Numbered from the stretch's first letter, positions 1 to 10,578 are shown. The stretch is 32,000 nt of DNA from Synechocystis sp. PCC 6803 substr. PCC-P (GCF_000284455.1 NC_017039.1:1080001-1112000), one strand, 5' to 3'. Translations and numbers: made by a program. The notes: generated from the letters alone by a model not told the origin.

Positions 1-756
1 AATTTAGGCATTTCTCCCCAACGATTTCAGACCTTGATGGACGATGGTTTAGCTTTTCAGTTGGGTATTGACCCCCAGCAAAGGTTGGAAAAGAACCCCA
101 ATACCAATGGTGCCCCTCTGAGCCTCGGCTCCCCAGAGCAACAGATGGCCATGACCATCACTGTGTTGGATGCCTTGGAAAGTTTGAGTCGAGAAGCTAC
201 GAGGGATTTTGCCCAAAACAATTCCGGCGATCGCCGCCGCTGGATTCCGAGGGTAAATCAATTGCGCCTCAGCAGTCGTAGTTTTTACGATTTGGTCAAT
301 GCCCGTTTCCATCACTATTTACCCATGGTCAGCCCTGCTTTATTGGGGGAACCGGAATTTGAGCAACGCCCCCTGGCCCAGGTATGGAATGCCATGGCCT
401 TTGACAGCTTGGCAAGCCTGGAGGATGAAAGCCATTACCAAAGACTGAGTTTTGACGATACCAATCAGCTCAACCTCAATGGCACCCTGGAGCCAGGAGA
501 AGGCTATGCCTATGCTGTTACCATTCCCCCCACAGAGGAGTTCAGCCTACAATTAACCGCCCCTCCCACCGCTCGAATTTCCTTCTATCCCCCCACCGGG
601 CCGGAGGTAATTCTGCAAAATTCTGCCATGCACCGCTGGTCTGGCCCCACTGACCAAGCCGGTTATTACGAGTTGGTAATCACATCGGTAGCGGAGGAGC
701 CGATCGCCTTTGAACTGGAACTCAGTATCATTCCCGCCAGTGCTCAACCATTTTGA
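1..756 (+). CDS. Hypothetical protein, 5' partial; C-terminal part resembles a bacterial pre-peptidase C-like (PPC) beta-sandwich
   Basis: The tracked ORF starts at 34, but the same frame is open to base 1 (NLGISPQRFQTLMDDG...). The C-terminus GYAYAVTIPPTEEFSLQLTAP...GYYELVITS resembles PPC domains. Confidence 0.65.
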   Translation, partial: NLGISPQRFQTLMDDGLAFQLGIDPQQRLEKNPNTNGAPLSLGSPEQQMAMTITVLDALESLSREATRDFAQNNSGDRRRWIPRVNQLRLSSRSFYDLVNARFHHYLPMVSPALLGEPEFEQRPLAQVWNAMAFDSLASLEDESHYQRLSFDDTNQLNLNGTLEPGEGYAYAVTIPPTEEFSLQLTAPPTARISFYPPTGPEVILQNSAMHRWSGPTDQAGYYELVITSVAEEPIAFELELSIIPASAQPF

Positions 757-949
757 ACCGATGTGGAATAATCAATTTTCCCTTGGATGCACACAAAATA
801 TCGCCACAACAGTAAACGACGAATCGGGAGAATTTTCCCCAGAACTTGCCTGTCCAACCAGACTTCTTAACCTATTCATAATCTTGTCAAAGACCCAAAT
901 TCCTATCCTACGATGGAGACAACGGAGCATTTAGGGTGATTTATTTGAC

Positions 950-1951
950 ATGGAAACAACACATAGCTTTGGCGATCGAGCAGTTTTCGCCTTCGGGAAA
1001 CACACTGGAAAAATTTTTAAATATGCCCCTAGGGTTTTAAAAGATCAAGACCCAGAGGATCTGCATCAGTTGCGGGTGGGGGTACGACGGTTAAGAACGG
1101 CGGTCATTGGTTTTATGCCAGCCGTGCAATTACCCCAGGGCATTACGGAAAGAAAAATCGGAAAAATAGGTCAACAGTTGGGAGTGCAACGGGACAATGA
1201 TGTTTTGCAGGAAATTTTGCTCCATAAATATTTACCCCATTTACCAACATCGGAACAAGGTTGTTTGGAAAAAGTTTTAAAACGTTTACAAAAGGAGCGA
1301 AAACAGGCGTTTAAAGCCACCTATAAATTGTTAACCCACGACAAATTTACTCAATTTAAACAGAGCTGGGAAATATGGCTAGAACATCCCCACTTCACTA
1401 GCCTCGGTGGTTTGGCGATCGCCGATGTATTACCTGATTTACTTCTGCCCCAACTGAGCCAATTTTTTCTTCATCCCGGTTGGTTGGTTGGTACAGAAAT
1501 TGACCCCGATACTAACAGTTCAAACCGACAACGTCGCTGTATTGACCTCAGTCCTACCGCCATTGAAACTTTGTTAGACGGGGAAGAATCAATTTTGCAC
1601 GATTTACGTAAAGAAGCAAAACGCACCCGCTACCAAATGGAGCTATTTAGCGATTACTTTGGGGAAGAATATCAACAATTATTAGCCCAGGTAAAAATGA
1701 CCCAAGAAATCCTCGGCAATTTGCAAGATAGCTTCGTTTTGAGGGCCATGGTGGAGCAGTACCTGGATGTAGACCTAAAGCAACTCTGTCCCCAATGGAG
1801 TGCTATTTTCCATGGCGATCGCCTGGGATATTGGGACCAATGGCAACCATTGCAGAGCCAGTTTATCGACCCCGTATATCGTCACCACTGTCGTCAACTG
1901 GTGCAAAATCCCCTTGTAAACAGTGACCAGCCAACTTCTAGCAACCTTTAA
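950..1951 (+). CDS. CHAD domain protein
   Basis: 333 aa ORF with the typical CHAD signatures 'VHQLRVGVRRLRTA'-like (DLHQLRVGVRRLRTAVIGF) and 'LHDLRKEAKRTRYQMELF'. Confidence 0.85.
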   Translation: METTHSFGDRAVFAFGKHTGKIFKYAPRVLKDQDPEDLHQLRVGVRRLRTAVIGFMPAVQLPQGITERKIGKIGQQLGVQRDNDVLQEILLHKYLPHLPTSEQGCLEKVLKRLQKERKQAFKATYKLLTHDKFTQFKQSWEIWLEHPHFTSLGGLAIADVLPDLLLPQLSQFFLHPGWLVGTEIDPDTNSSNRQRRCIDLSPTAIETLLDGEESILHDLRKEAKRTRYQMELFSDYFGEEYQQLLAQVKMTQEILGNLQDSFVLRAMVEQYLDVDLKQLCPQWSAIFHGDRLGYWDQWQPLQSQFIDPVYRHHCRQLVQNPLVNSDQPTSSNL

Positions 1952-2141
1952 AGTTGGTGCCTGATGGTTTCCCAAACTGACAAAGCAATCATCCTCGCCC
2001 CGGGTTAGGGAATTTACGATGGTCTGGAGACGCCATTATGCTTGGGACACTCTTTAGCATCTATGGTTTAGCTTCTTTTGAAATCTGGGCTGCCACTACA
2101 ATTAATCCAGGGGCGCTAGTACCTCCGCAAAAGGAGACTCC

Positions 2142-2396
2142 ATGACTAACAATGACAATATTCGCTTAGAGCAGATCTCCGAAGATCTTGAAGCTCAAAG
2201 ACATAGCTTGAATGAACAGGGGCAACGCCTAGACCGAATTGAAACGATTCTTACTAACCTAGTGACAGAAATTAAAATCTATGACAGCAAACTAGATACT
2301 TACCAGAAAGCTTCCCAGCAAATTGTCAATATTGCCTTTGGCCTTTTGGCCACCTCGGCCCTCGCCATAATCATTCCCGCCGTTCTTAACCGCTAA
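2142..2396 (+). CDS. Small hypothetical protein: coiled coil plus C-terminal transmembrane helix
   Basis: 84 aa; heptad-like N-terminus ([33 protein letters not shown]) and hydrophobic [19 protein letters not shown]. Confidence 0.6.
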
Positions 2397-2552
2397 GGTT
2401 GGCGTACAACTCCATGGAGTTGCCACGGGAAAAATCACCTTGCCATCAAGGGTTAGTGAGCTTTATTTCTACTCCCCATGCTCGACTAACTCAGAAAACG
2501 GAAAAACCCTGAAAGCCCATAACATCCAGGTAGAAAAACTCTAAACTAGAAA

Positions 2553-2626
2553 TGGCTCGGGGCGGATTTGAACCGCCGACCTTGGGCTTATGAGTCCCCT
2601 GCTCTAACCAACTGAGCTACCAAGCC
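2553..2626 (-). tRNA. tRNA with CAU anticodon (probably elongator tRNA-Met; tRNA-Ile2 not excluded)
   Basis: Reverse complement GGCTTGGTAGCTCAGTTGGTTAGAGCAGGGGACTCATAAGCCCAAGGTCGGCGGTTCAAATCCGCCCCGAGCCA folds into a cloverleaf of 74 nt with acceptor GGCTTGG/CCGAGCC, T-arm GGCGG/CCGCC and anticodon loop CTCATAA. Confidence 0.93.
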
Positions 2627-2691
2627 TTGTCTGTTTCTCCAACGGACAGTTAACAATGATACACTAAATTCCCAGCATCGCAAAATAATTT

Positions 2692-4971
2692 TCATGGCTT
2701 GTCGGGTACGGTGGCCAAAAGCTCGGGGGTTAGGGACACCTGGCTGAAATATTGCTTTTGGAATTGTTCTTCTGCAATTAAAGTTTCAATTTGGCGGACC
2801 AAAGCTTTCGGCCAAGCACTGCCTGAGTTTAACGCTGGGCCGTACTCTTGGATTAGGACCAGAATTTGACTTGCTAAGCCATGGCTAAAATCCCATTGTT
2901 TTTGCAAGCTGAGGGGAGAAAGTTGGGCCGTTTCCCGCCCATGCCATTGGGCTTCTAGTTCGGCCACTAAGCTACTAGGGCATTGGGGTAAGAAATGATA
3001 ATCCAACACTAGGGGTTGCTGGGCGGCGATCGCCTGTTGGTAGGCCCGGCGCAATTCTGACCAACTGCTGGGACAGGTGCGGAGGACATGACCTTGGGGA
3101 GAAAGATCCTGGTCTGGGGCATGGGGGGAACGGCGGTCAATTAAATTGGTACTAGTTTGACTAGGGGCAATTCCTTGGGGTTGATGTAAGCGGAAATCGA
3201 TCAGGCGCACTTCATACTGCCGGTCGTAGGTGTTGAAGTCTAATTCCACCACCAGATCCAACGGTTCATTTTGGGGCAGTTCATCGGGATGGTGGCCCCA
3301 CCAAACCCCAGGGCATTGAACAACTTGGCCATCGTCATCGGTTTTAGGCGGATAGTCCGTTACCCGAAAGCTGGTTTTTAGGTAGGACACTTTATTACCA
3401 GTGCGGTCTTTGATATTGCGAAAGCTGGGCCTCCCGACTTGCACATTTTCCAGTAGTAGTTTGGGTGCGGGGTTACCCATGCCATAGGGTTCAAGCAAAT
3501 TAAATTCCCGAAAGAGGTCCTGTCCTAAATCTGCCACCTTCACTTGGAGATCCACTGCCAGAATCGGATCCAAGCTGATCTGGGCTCCGTAGCTTTGCCA
3601 AAACTGTTGATTGACCGCTTCCGTGAACAACGGCAATTTATCCAAAGGCAAGCTCAAACCGGCGGCAAAGGGATGGCCTCCAAAGCCCAGCATTAAATGT
3701 CGTTGACTGTGCAGTAGGGCATAAAGGTCAATGTTGGCCACAGAACGGGCTGATCCTTTGGCAATTTTCCCATCTTGGGTGTTGAGCAAAATGGCCGGAC
3801 GGCCACAGGTTTGGGCTACATGACTGGCGGCTAGGCCCAAAACCCCTGTAGGCCACTGGGGATCGGTGAGTACTACTACCCCGGTGGTGGATAGGTCAAT
3901 GTTTTGGAGTCGTTGGTCAATTTCGATAATGACAGATTTCTGTAATCCCTTGCGTCTACTGTTGAGGGTTTCCGCTTCGGCCGCCAATTGGTTACAAACT
4001 TTTGTGTCCCGACTGGTGAGTAGTTCTACTCCAAAGCTAGCATCCCCTTTAATGCGACTGATGGCGTTGATGCGGGGGCCAATACCAAAACCAATGTCTG
4101 TGGGCCGATCGCCGTTGCGATTGCAAAGGTTAAGTAGGGCATGGATGCCAGGGCGGGTGGCAGTGGCTGGATCTTTTTGGGTACGGAGTTGGGCAATGCC
4201 CCGTTGGGCTAGGTAACGACAATCACCTTGCAGGGTAACCAAATCGGCAATTAGACCGATCGCCACTAAATCTAGTAAATCCTCCAAGGGTTGTTGGGGC
4301 ACTGTGGGATATTGGTTGTAGAGAGCTTCCACCAACTTAAAAGCCACTGCTACTCCGGAAAGGTTAAACAGGGGATGGCCATCGGCAAAGTAACGGGGGT
4401 TAATAATGGCCACCACCTCCGGGCGATCGTCTGGCAACGTATGGTGGTCGGTGACAATTACATCCATGCCCAACTGCTGGGCATAGACAATTTCGTCCAA
4501 ATTTGTACTGCCAGTGTCGCAGGTGACAATTAACTTTGTACCCTGGGTTGCTAAGCGTTCTAGTCCCGGTCGGTTGAGGCCGTGGGACTCCCGTAAACGG
4601 TTAGGGATGGTGTAGGTCAACTGGCTATCCTGGGGAAAAAATTGCCCCAATCCTTCCCATAACACTGCAGTGGAAGTAATGCCGTCGGCATCGAAATCCC
4701 CCCAAATGGTGACTTTTTCCTTCTGGGCCATGGCCTGGCCCAACCTTTGTACAGCCCATTTCATTTCCTGGCCAAATTCCCAAGGGCTGGTGGGAGTATA
4801 ACAATCCGGGGAAAGAAACCCACCCAACTGATCCGCTGACTGAATGCCCCTTTGCCACAGTAATTGGGCGGCAAATTGACCGCTGGATTGGCCACAATGG
4901 CGACGCACCTGTTCGACAAAAATAGCCGGGGGAGTAACAGGGGGAATTAACTGCCAACGAAATTGGGCCAT
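2692..4971 (-). CDS. recJ: Single-stranded-DNA-specific exonuclease RecJ
   Basis: 759 aa with DHH-family motifs (IWGDFDADGITSTAVL, VTCDTGSTN, VTDHHTLP, GFGGHPFAAGLS). Confidence 0.93.
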   Translation of the reverse strand: MAQFRWQLIPPVTPPAIFVEQVRRHCGQSSGQFAAQLLWQRGIQSADQLGGFLSPDCYTPTSPWEFGQEMKWAVQRLGQAMAQKEKVTIWGDFDADGITSTAVLWEGLGQFFPQDSQLTYTIPNRLRESHGLNRPGLERLATQGTKLIVTCDTGSTNLDEIVYAQQLGMDVIVTDHHTLPDDRPEVVAIINPRYFADGHPLFNLSGVAVAFKLVEALYNQYPTVPQQPLEDLLDLVAIGLIADLVTLQGDCRYLAQRGIAQLRTQKDPATATRPGIHALLNLCNRNGDRPTDIGFGIGPRINAISRIKGDASFGVELLTSRDTKVCNQLAAEAETLNSRRKGLQKSVIIEIDQRLQNIDLSTTGVVVLTDPQWPTGVLGLAASHVAQTCGRPAILLNTQDGKIAKGSARSVANIDLYALLHSQRHLMLGFGGHPFAAGLSLPLDKLPLFTEAVNQQFWQSYGAQISLDPILAVDLQVKVADLGQDLFREFNLLEPYGMGNPAPKLLLENVQVGRPSFRNIKDRTGNKVSYLKTSFRVTDYPPKTDDDGQVVQCPGVWWGHHPDELPQNEPLDLVVELDFNTYDRQYEVRLIDFRLHQPQGIAPSQTSTNLIDRRSPHAPDQDLSPQGHVLRTCPSSWSELRRAYQQAIAAQQPLVLDYHFLPQCPSSLVAELEAQWHGRETAQLSPLSLQKQWDFSHGLASQILVLIQEYGPALNSGSAWPKALVRQIETLIAEEQFQKQYFSQVSLTPELLATVPDKP

Positions 4972-5011
4972 GGTTAGAGAATTGAAAGGGATTCCATACT
5001 AACTTTTTTGC

Positions 5012-8008
5012 CTACTCGGAAGCATGCTTACCATCCACTCCGGCAGAAACTTCCGTCAGACTAGCTCTATATTGGGGAAATTGACCCATAAGTTGCTCCA
5101 ATCGACGGCTATCAAAATTTTCCAAAGCCTTGATAATGCTCTGACCATAGGTGTGTAAATCTTCCCAGCCATATTCGTTCCCCCAACTTGAAAGGCGATC
5201 GCCAAAGTTTCTTATTTGCCGGGAAATGAGGGTATGGCGTAATTTATTCCAAACATTAGTTTCTTCCTGTTCCAGCAGAGAAATCAATTGTTGTCGTTGG
5301 GCTTGGTCAATGAGGGGGACTGCCCTAGGGAAGCCTTGGCTAGGCCCGTTGTGGTTGCCTAAGGAGTTGTTGTCAGGGGCCATATTCCCAACCCTAGTGG
5401 GCAAAAGTTTTTCCGTTGTATTGGCGGAAGATGAAGACATCGACCCTAGGCGATCGGTTAAATTTCCCCCATCACCATTGGTGAGGTCGGACTTGAGTGA
5501 ATTTTCCACCAAACGTACCGCTGGGAAATGCAAAATAAACGTGCTCCCCTCCCCCAGCCGACTGGAAAGACTTATTTCTCCCCCTAATAATGCAGTCAAG
5601 CGCCTAGTAATGGTCAAGCCCAAACCTGTGCCCCCATATTTGCGAGTGCTCTGGCCCTGACTTTGGGTGAAAACATCAAAAATCTTCGCTTGGTCTTCTG
5701 GAGCAATGCCGATGCCCGTGTCAGTGACTTCAATGGCTAGAGAAATATAGGTGCCCTGGGAACGGACTTGAATGCCTTCCACGCCAATGTAAATAAAAAC
5801 CTGTCCCTCCTCCGTAAATTTAAGAGCATTACCCACTAAATTAAATAAAATTTGTCGCAGACGTACCGCATCAAAATAAATAGCTTGGTTTAAGGTTTCA
5901 TCTATTTGGATAGTTAACAACAAACTCTTGCTTTCAGCTTTGTAATCAAAAATTTGTTTGATTTCCCTAATTATTACCCTTAAATCTACTGGCTCTAGAT
6001 GGATGACTAATTTGCCTGCTTCAATTTTAGAAATATCTAAAATGTCATCGATCAGTGCCAACAAAATCTTACTACTAGAACCAATGGCATTGAGATATTT
6101 CTTGGTTTGGGACAAACTAAGATCTTTTTGTAAAAGTAAGTCGCAAAAACCCAAAATAGCATTCATTGGAGTCCGAATTTCATGGCTAATATTAGCTAAA
6201 AACTCACTCTTAACACGGTTGGCTAATTCGGCACTTTCCTTTGCTTCCCTCAACTTAATTTCAATGCGCTGACGTTCTTCGATTTCCCCCGCTAGTTGCT
6301 TATTAATCACAATTAAAGTGTGGGTTCTTTCCGCCACTCTCATTTCTAAGTTATCCTTGGCCTGCTTAATGATTTTAAACTGATTTTGCAAAGTAATCAG
6401 CATTTCATTAAAGTTTTCATTCAGAGTAATTACTTCGCTGACTTCACTACGGAGAGCAATGGGAGTTAAGCCTTGGTATTGCATTTTAGTGGGAATGTCA
6501 GTGGTGATTTTAGCTAAAGTTAATAATGGATTAGCTACCCGCTTACTCACACCAATGGCAACCACCAAACCCACTAGACTTAAAAATAATAGCAAGCCCA
6601 ATTTTTGTACTGATTGAGCCTGTAGTTTTTCGATGCTTTCCCGAGCGGGCAAACCAAGCACTAATTGCCAATCATTAATTTTATCCAAGGGCAAAATATG
6701 ATAATAATAGGAGTCGCGCCAGCGGATGGTAGGATTAGCCGGTGTATCGGGATACCAATGGTAATTTGATGAGCCTAAATCCCGAGGGTCTCCCCCCTCA
6801 AAAGGTTGATAGATTTCCAATGGTAATACATTAGCAATGGTGCTGGCTACCACTTGATTTTGCCCATTGATGAGGGTAATATTTAATTCCTTACTGACCC
6901 TATTTGCATATAGAAGGTCTTTCATTTTAGCCAGGTTTAAAGAAGCATTAATAAAGCCCTCAAAGCTATTGTTAGCCACTAGTGGAATAGTGATAGCCAC
7001 ATGGGGATCGACGTTCACATTGGTGCGGTGTAGTGGAGATACTTGTATTTGCGAGGGAATGGAAAAACCAGCTATTTTTTCTGCTTGAATCAGTCCTAGT
7101 CGTGATTCTCCCACTTCATTAAATTCAGGAGAACTGGCAATAATTTGCCCCTGGCGATCGCCGACATAAATATTACTAAAGCCAGTAAAAGCTGTTTGTA
7201 TGGTGTGGGTCATAAGGCTAAGGGCAGGTAGTTGCGCCCCATTACCCTGGTTGATTGCAGCTACTAAAGGTAAGATTTCGGTGGCAAAAACCTCTGCTCC
7301 TTCCAGATGACTTTGATACCAATCCTCAACAGAATTTTGAATGGGTATGGATAAAGCTGTTAGTTCTTGGACTGTTTGCTTTTCCATTTGTACAAAAGCT
7401 TCTTGACCATTAACAACAGTGATAAAAAAGAGGGGGAAAAAGACAAATGCCACCAGCAAATTAAACAAAGTCTGCTCAAAAGACAGTTTTTTCCAGGGAA
7501 AAAAAGCTGGATTAGTCGAGGGGGAAAACTTCTGCTTCGACAAACCAAAGCCAGTGATTAAAAAACTGGCAATTAAACTATTAAAAATGCCATTGGTAGC
7601 TTGCTTAAGAGTGATTAAACTGGTGGTAACCGAGGTCATATTTAAGCCCCAACGGTAAAAAATATAAACCAACGGTATGCCAATTAATAGCCAAAAGAGA
7701 CTATTAATTAGGACTAAGTTTGTTTGCCGGCGGCGCAACATCAAGCCCACCACCAGGGCTTCCAGGATGATTATTAATATGCCGTAGCCATGGCGCCAAA
7801 TGATCAGGGTGTGACTACCGGCGATCGCCGCACTAACTAGACCCCAGGGCAAGCTATAGCAAACCAAAACCAGTAAAGTGGCAATGCTGCCAAAAAGAAA
7901 ATCAACTCCAAAAAATATATGTAACTTGAAATAGTTTCCCCCGTAACCCGCTAGCAAAAGGCAGGGCAAAAGCCAGTATTTTTGTAGGAGATCAAGAAAT
8001 TTGCCCAT
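5012..8008 (-). CDS. Membrane-bound sensor histidine kinase (N-terminal TM region, extracytoplasmic Cache-like sensor, HAMP-like, HisKA, HATPase_c)
   Basis: 998 aa with H-box FLANISHEIRTPMNAILGFCDLL, N-box LRQILFNLVGNALKFT, G-boxes DTGIGIAPEDQ and GGTGLGLTITRRL. No receiver domain is visible. Confidence 0.92.
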   Translation of the reverse strand: MGKFLDLLQKYWLLPCLLLAGYGGNYFKLHIFFGVDFLFGSIATLLVLVCYSLPWGLVSAAIAGSHTLIIWRHGYGILIIILEALVVGLMLRRRQTNLVLINSLFWLLIGIPLVYIFYRWGLNMTSVTTSLITLKQATNGIFNSLIASFLITGFGLSKQKFSPSTNPAFFPWKKLSFEQTLFNLLVAFVFFPLFFITVVNGQEAFVQMEKQTVQELTALSIPIQNSVEDWYQSHLEGAEVFATEILPLVAAINQGNGAQLPALSLMTHTIQTAFTGFSNIYVGDRQGQIIASSPEFNEVGESRLGLIQAEKIAGFSIPSQIQVSPLHRTNVNVDPHVAITIPLVANNSFEGFINASLNLAKMKDLLYANRVSKELNITLINGQNQVVASTIANVLPLEIYQPFEGGDPRDLGSSNYHWYPDTPANPTIRWRDSYYYHILPLDKINDWQLVLGLPARESIEKLQAQSVQKLGLLLFLSLVGLVVAIGVSKRVANPLLTLAKITTDIPTKMQYQGLTPIALRSEVSEVITLNENFNEMLITLQNQFKIIKQAKDNLEMRVAERTHTLIVINKQLAGEIEERQRIEIKLREAKESAELANRVKSEFLANISHEIRTPMNAILGFCDLLLQKDLSLSQTKKYLNAIGSSSKILLALIDDILDISKIEAGKLVIHLEPVDLRVIIREIKQIFDYKAESKSLLLTIQIDETLNQAIYFDAVRLRQILFNLVGNALKFTEEGQVFIYIGVEGIQVRSQGTYISLAIEVTDTGIGIAPEDQAKIFDVFTQSQGQSTRKYGGTGLGLTITRRLTALLGGEISLSSRLGEGSTFILHFPAVRLVENSLKSDLTNGDGGNLTDRLGSMSSSSANTTEKLLPTRVGNMAPDNNSLGNHNGPSQGFPRAVPLIDQAQRQQLISLLEQEETNVWNKLRHTLISRQIRNFGDRLSSWGNEYGWEDLHTYGQSIIKALENFDSRRLEQLMGQFPQYRASLTEVSAGVDGKHASE

Positions 8009-8026
8009 GGGAAACCGGAGCTGAAA

Positions 8027-9445
8027 TTAGGGAATAGAAGGGGCCCGTCGATAAAGAATTACCTCGTTCTCTTGATATTCTGGCGTAAAAGCTGAATCCT
8101 GACTCACCCGCTGGGCTAGGGCTTCCACCGTGCCCTGGGAATTTTCCCAACCAGCGTAGTTAGTCTGCAACAATACGGCATCAAAACGGTTCAGATCGAA
8201 GGGAGCTTCCGCTTCAATGGCTAATTCCAAATCTGGTCGATGGCTCAGGTGGGCCGCCAGGTGGGGCGAAGTCAAAACCCGATCACCTGGTTGCACTAAG
8301 GACACCGCCGTTTGTAGGTTAGCCAATTGTCCCCAATGGTGCCAATACCGGCCGAAAAAATAAGTGTATTTCCCCAAAGCTAAAAAGGCGATCGCCGTCC
8401 AGAGAATAATCCACCGGAGCTTTTTTAACCAACTACTGCCCTGATACCAATGGGTCATCACCACTAGGAGCAAAAAGGGCAAAATTGGCAATGAATATTG
8501 ATGAATTAAATCTTTTTGGGGCAGATAATCGGTGACCAAATTAACAAATAGGGCGGGAATGGCGGGGATAAACATAGCCCAAGCTTTGCCCCAAATTCCC
8601 CAAATAACCGGCGCAGTTAATAGCACCAAATAAAATAAATTATCCAGGGTAAATAACATCCCTAAAACAATTTGGGGTTTAAGAATTAAATTTAAAATAA
8701 TTTCTGCAACGGAATCCCCCAGGAAACTATAACGACCCACCGCCGCTGCTTCCTCTCCGCTAAAAGCAGGAATAATACCTTTGGTGGTAATGATAAACCA
8801 GGCAATGCCCGCCACGGTGGTAATGAGTCCCATTAACCTTTTTCTTTCCCAAATCAATAACCAAATGCCTAGCATAAATACGGTGAGGGAAAGTACTGCT
8901 TTGCTAGCCAAGATTGTGACTAAACTAATTAAGAAAATCCCCCACTTATTCGCCCTAGCGCTCCACACGGCCCAAAGCAGAGCAGGTACGGCGATTACTT
9001 CAGTGTGAAAGTCAAATAAATTGATGTTAAAAATTAGGGGATATAGGCCATAAACCAAGGCCATGGTTAAACTTTCTTTTTCCCCCAGTCCCGTTTGTTT
9101 TGCCAATTGCCAAGTGGGCCAAGCTCCCAAGGCTAAGGCGATCGCCTGGATCAGAAATAACCAATAAACGGAGGGATAAATTTTGTAAAAAATCGCTATG
9201 GGATAAACCAAAAAGGCGGCGTGGTCCCCCAAAATATGGAAACCCCGAAAGGAAACTCGGGGATATTCCCCCTGACTGATCAGATAAATAGCCTGGTCAA
9301 AGAAACCCAAATCGAGAGCAGTGGATTGGAACAGCCAATGGCGCACCGTGGCACAGATGAAGAGAATGACTGCACCGATCGCCATCCCGACCAGCAAAGA
9401 ACGGGGGGGCAAAAATCCTTCAGGCTTGCTCTGGCTTACTTCCAT
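8027..9445 (-). CDS. Polytopic membrane protein, DUF2079 family
   Basis: 472 aa, multiple TM segments, motif FDLGFFDQAIYLISQGEYPRVSFRGFHILGDHAAFLVYPIA typical of DUF2079. Confidence 0.8.
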   Translation of the reverse strand: MEVSQSKPEGFLPPRSLLVGMAIGAVILFICATVRHWLFQSTALDLGFFDQAIYLISQGEYPRVSFRGFHILGDHAAFLVYPIAIFYKIYPSVYWLFLIQAIALALGAWPTWQLAKQTGLGEKESLTMALVYGLYPLIFNINLFDFHTEVIAVPALLWAVWSARANKWGIFLISLVTILASKAVLSLTVFMLGIWLLIWERKRLMGLITTVAGIAWFIITTKGIIPAFSGEEAAAVGRYSFLGDSVAEIILNLILKPQIVLGMLFTLDNLFYLVLLTAPVIWGIWGKAWAMFIPAIPALFVNLVTDYLPQKDLIHQYSLPILPFLLLVVMTHWYQGSSWLKKLRWIILWTAIAFLALGKYTYFFGRYWHHWGQLANLQTAVSLVQPGDRVLTSPHLAAHLSHRPDLELAIEAEAPFDLNRFDAVLLQTNYAGWENSQGTVEALAQRVSQDSAFTPEYQENEVILYRRAPSIP

Positions 9446-9654
9446 GGTGACTCAAGTACGGCTAAAAACGGGGCAAAATTTGCCAAAACTCCTCCAACAT
9501 TAGCAAACCAAGGGCGTCCTATTGCCCTATTCGGAAAGGCTGAGGGCTTAATTGCCATTGCGGACTGGGCAAACATGATCCTTGCAAGCTCTTTCAGTCC
9601 CCAGGCTAGGATGAAAGGGAATTAGCAATGAATTTTGGAACAGGTTAAGTATCC

Positions 9655-10578
9655 ATGGCTGAGGTTGTCTGTTTTGGAGAAATGCTCTTCGACTGTTTGG
9701 CAGACCAGTTGGGAGTCCCCTTGGAACAAGTTAAATCCTGGACTAACTACGCCGGTGGTGCCCCTGCCAATGTGGCCTGTGCCCTAGTCAAACAAGGTGT
9801 TAGCGCCGCTTTTGTTGGTCGTTTGGGGGCAGACCAGGCCGGACAAGAACTTAAAAATGTTCTACAGCAATGTCAAGTTAATACCGATGGGCTCCAAATC
9901 GATCCCCACCGGCCCACCCGTTTGGTTTATGTGACCCGGACAGGGGACGGCGATCGCCATTTTGCTGGGTTTGGGGAATATCACACCGGGGATTTTGCCG
10001 ACACAGCGATGCAGGGAGAAACCATTCCCGAATCCCTATTCACCTCAGCTCAATATTTGGTGATGGGCACCATTGCCCTGGCCTATGCCCCCAGTCGCAC
10101 TGCCACGGAGCGGTTAGTGGCATTGGCGAAAAAGCACCAGGTAAAAATATTTTTAGATGTCAACTGGCGATCGGTTTTTTGGGACGATGAAGCACAGGCA
10201 AAGGAAAGAATTCCCGCCCTGATTACCCATGCCCAAATTTTAAAATGTACCGACGAGGAAGCAGTGTGGCTGTTTGGTCACCAAGATCCGGTCACCATCC
10301 ACCAGAAACTACCCCACCTCCAGGGAGTATTGGTCACCGCCGGGGACAAGGGTTGTTCCTACTCCTTAGGCAAAAACCATGGGGAAGTCCCTGCTTTTAA
10401 AGTTAATGTGCGGGATACTACCGGGGCTGGGGACAGTTTTGTGGCCGGATTTTTGGCCCAGGCCCTGACCCACGGAGAGAATTTATTCATAGACCCTCAT
10501 CTCAGTTGCCAGGCAGTGACCTATGCCAGTGCCATAGGAGCCTTGACCACTCTCCACCCAGGGGCGATCGCCAGATAG
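9655..10578 (+). CDS. Fructokinase / PfkB-family sugar kinase
   Basis: 307 aa; N-terminal CFGEMLFDCLADQLG, WTNYAGGAPANVACALVKQG, and the PfkB signature VRDTTGAGDSFVAGFLAQ. Confidence 0.9.
   Translation: MAEVVCFGEMLFDCLADQLGVPLEQVKSWTNYAGGAPANVACALVKQGVSAAFVGRLGADQAGQELKNVLQQCQVNTDGLQIDPHRPTRLVYVTRTGDGDRHFAGFGEYHTGDFADTAMQGETIPESLFTSAQYLVMGTIALAYAPSRTATERLVALAKKHQVKIFLDVNWRSVFWDDEAQAKERIPALITHAQILKCTDEEAVWLFGHQDPVTIHQKLPHLQGVLVTAGDKGCSYSLGKNHGEVPAFKVNVRDTTGAGDSFVAGFLAQALTHGENLFIDPHLSCQAVTYASAIGALTTLHPGAIAR

Noticed and set aside
2692-4971. Several plus-strand ORFs of 80-116 aa inside recJ (3866..4216, 4291..4533, 4625..4957).
   Set aside because: They lie antisense to a strongly supported conserved CDS and show no recognisable motifs; likely shadow ORFs.
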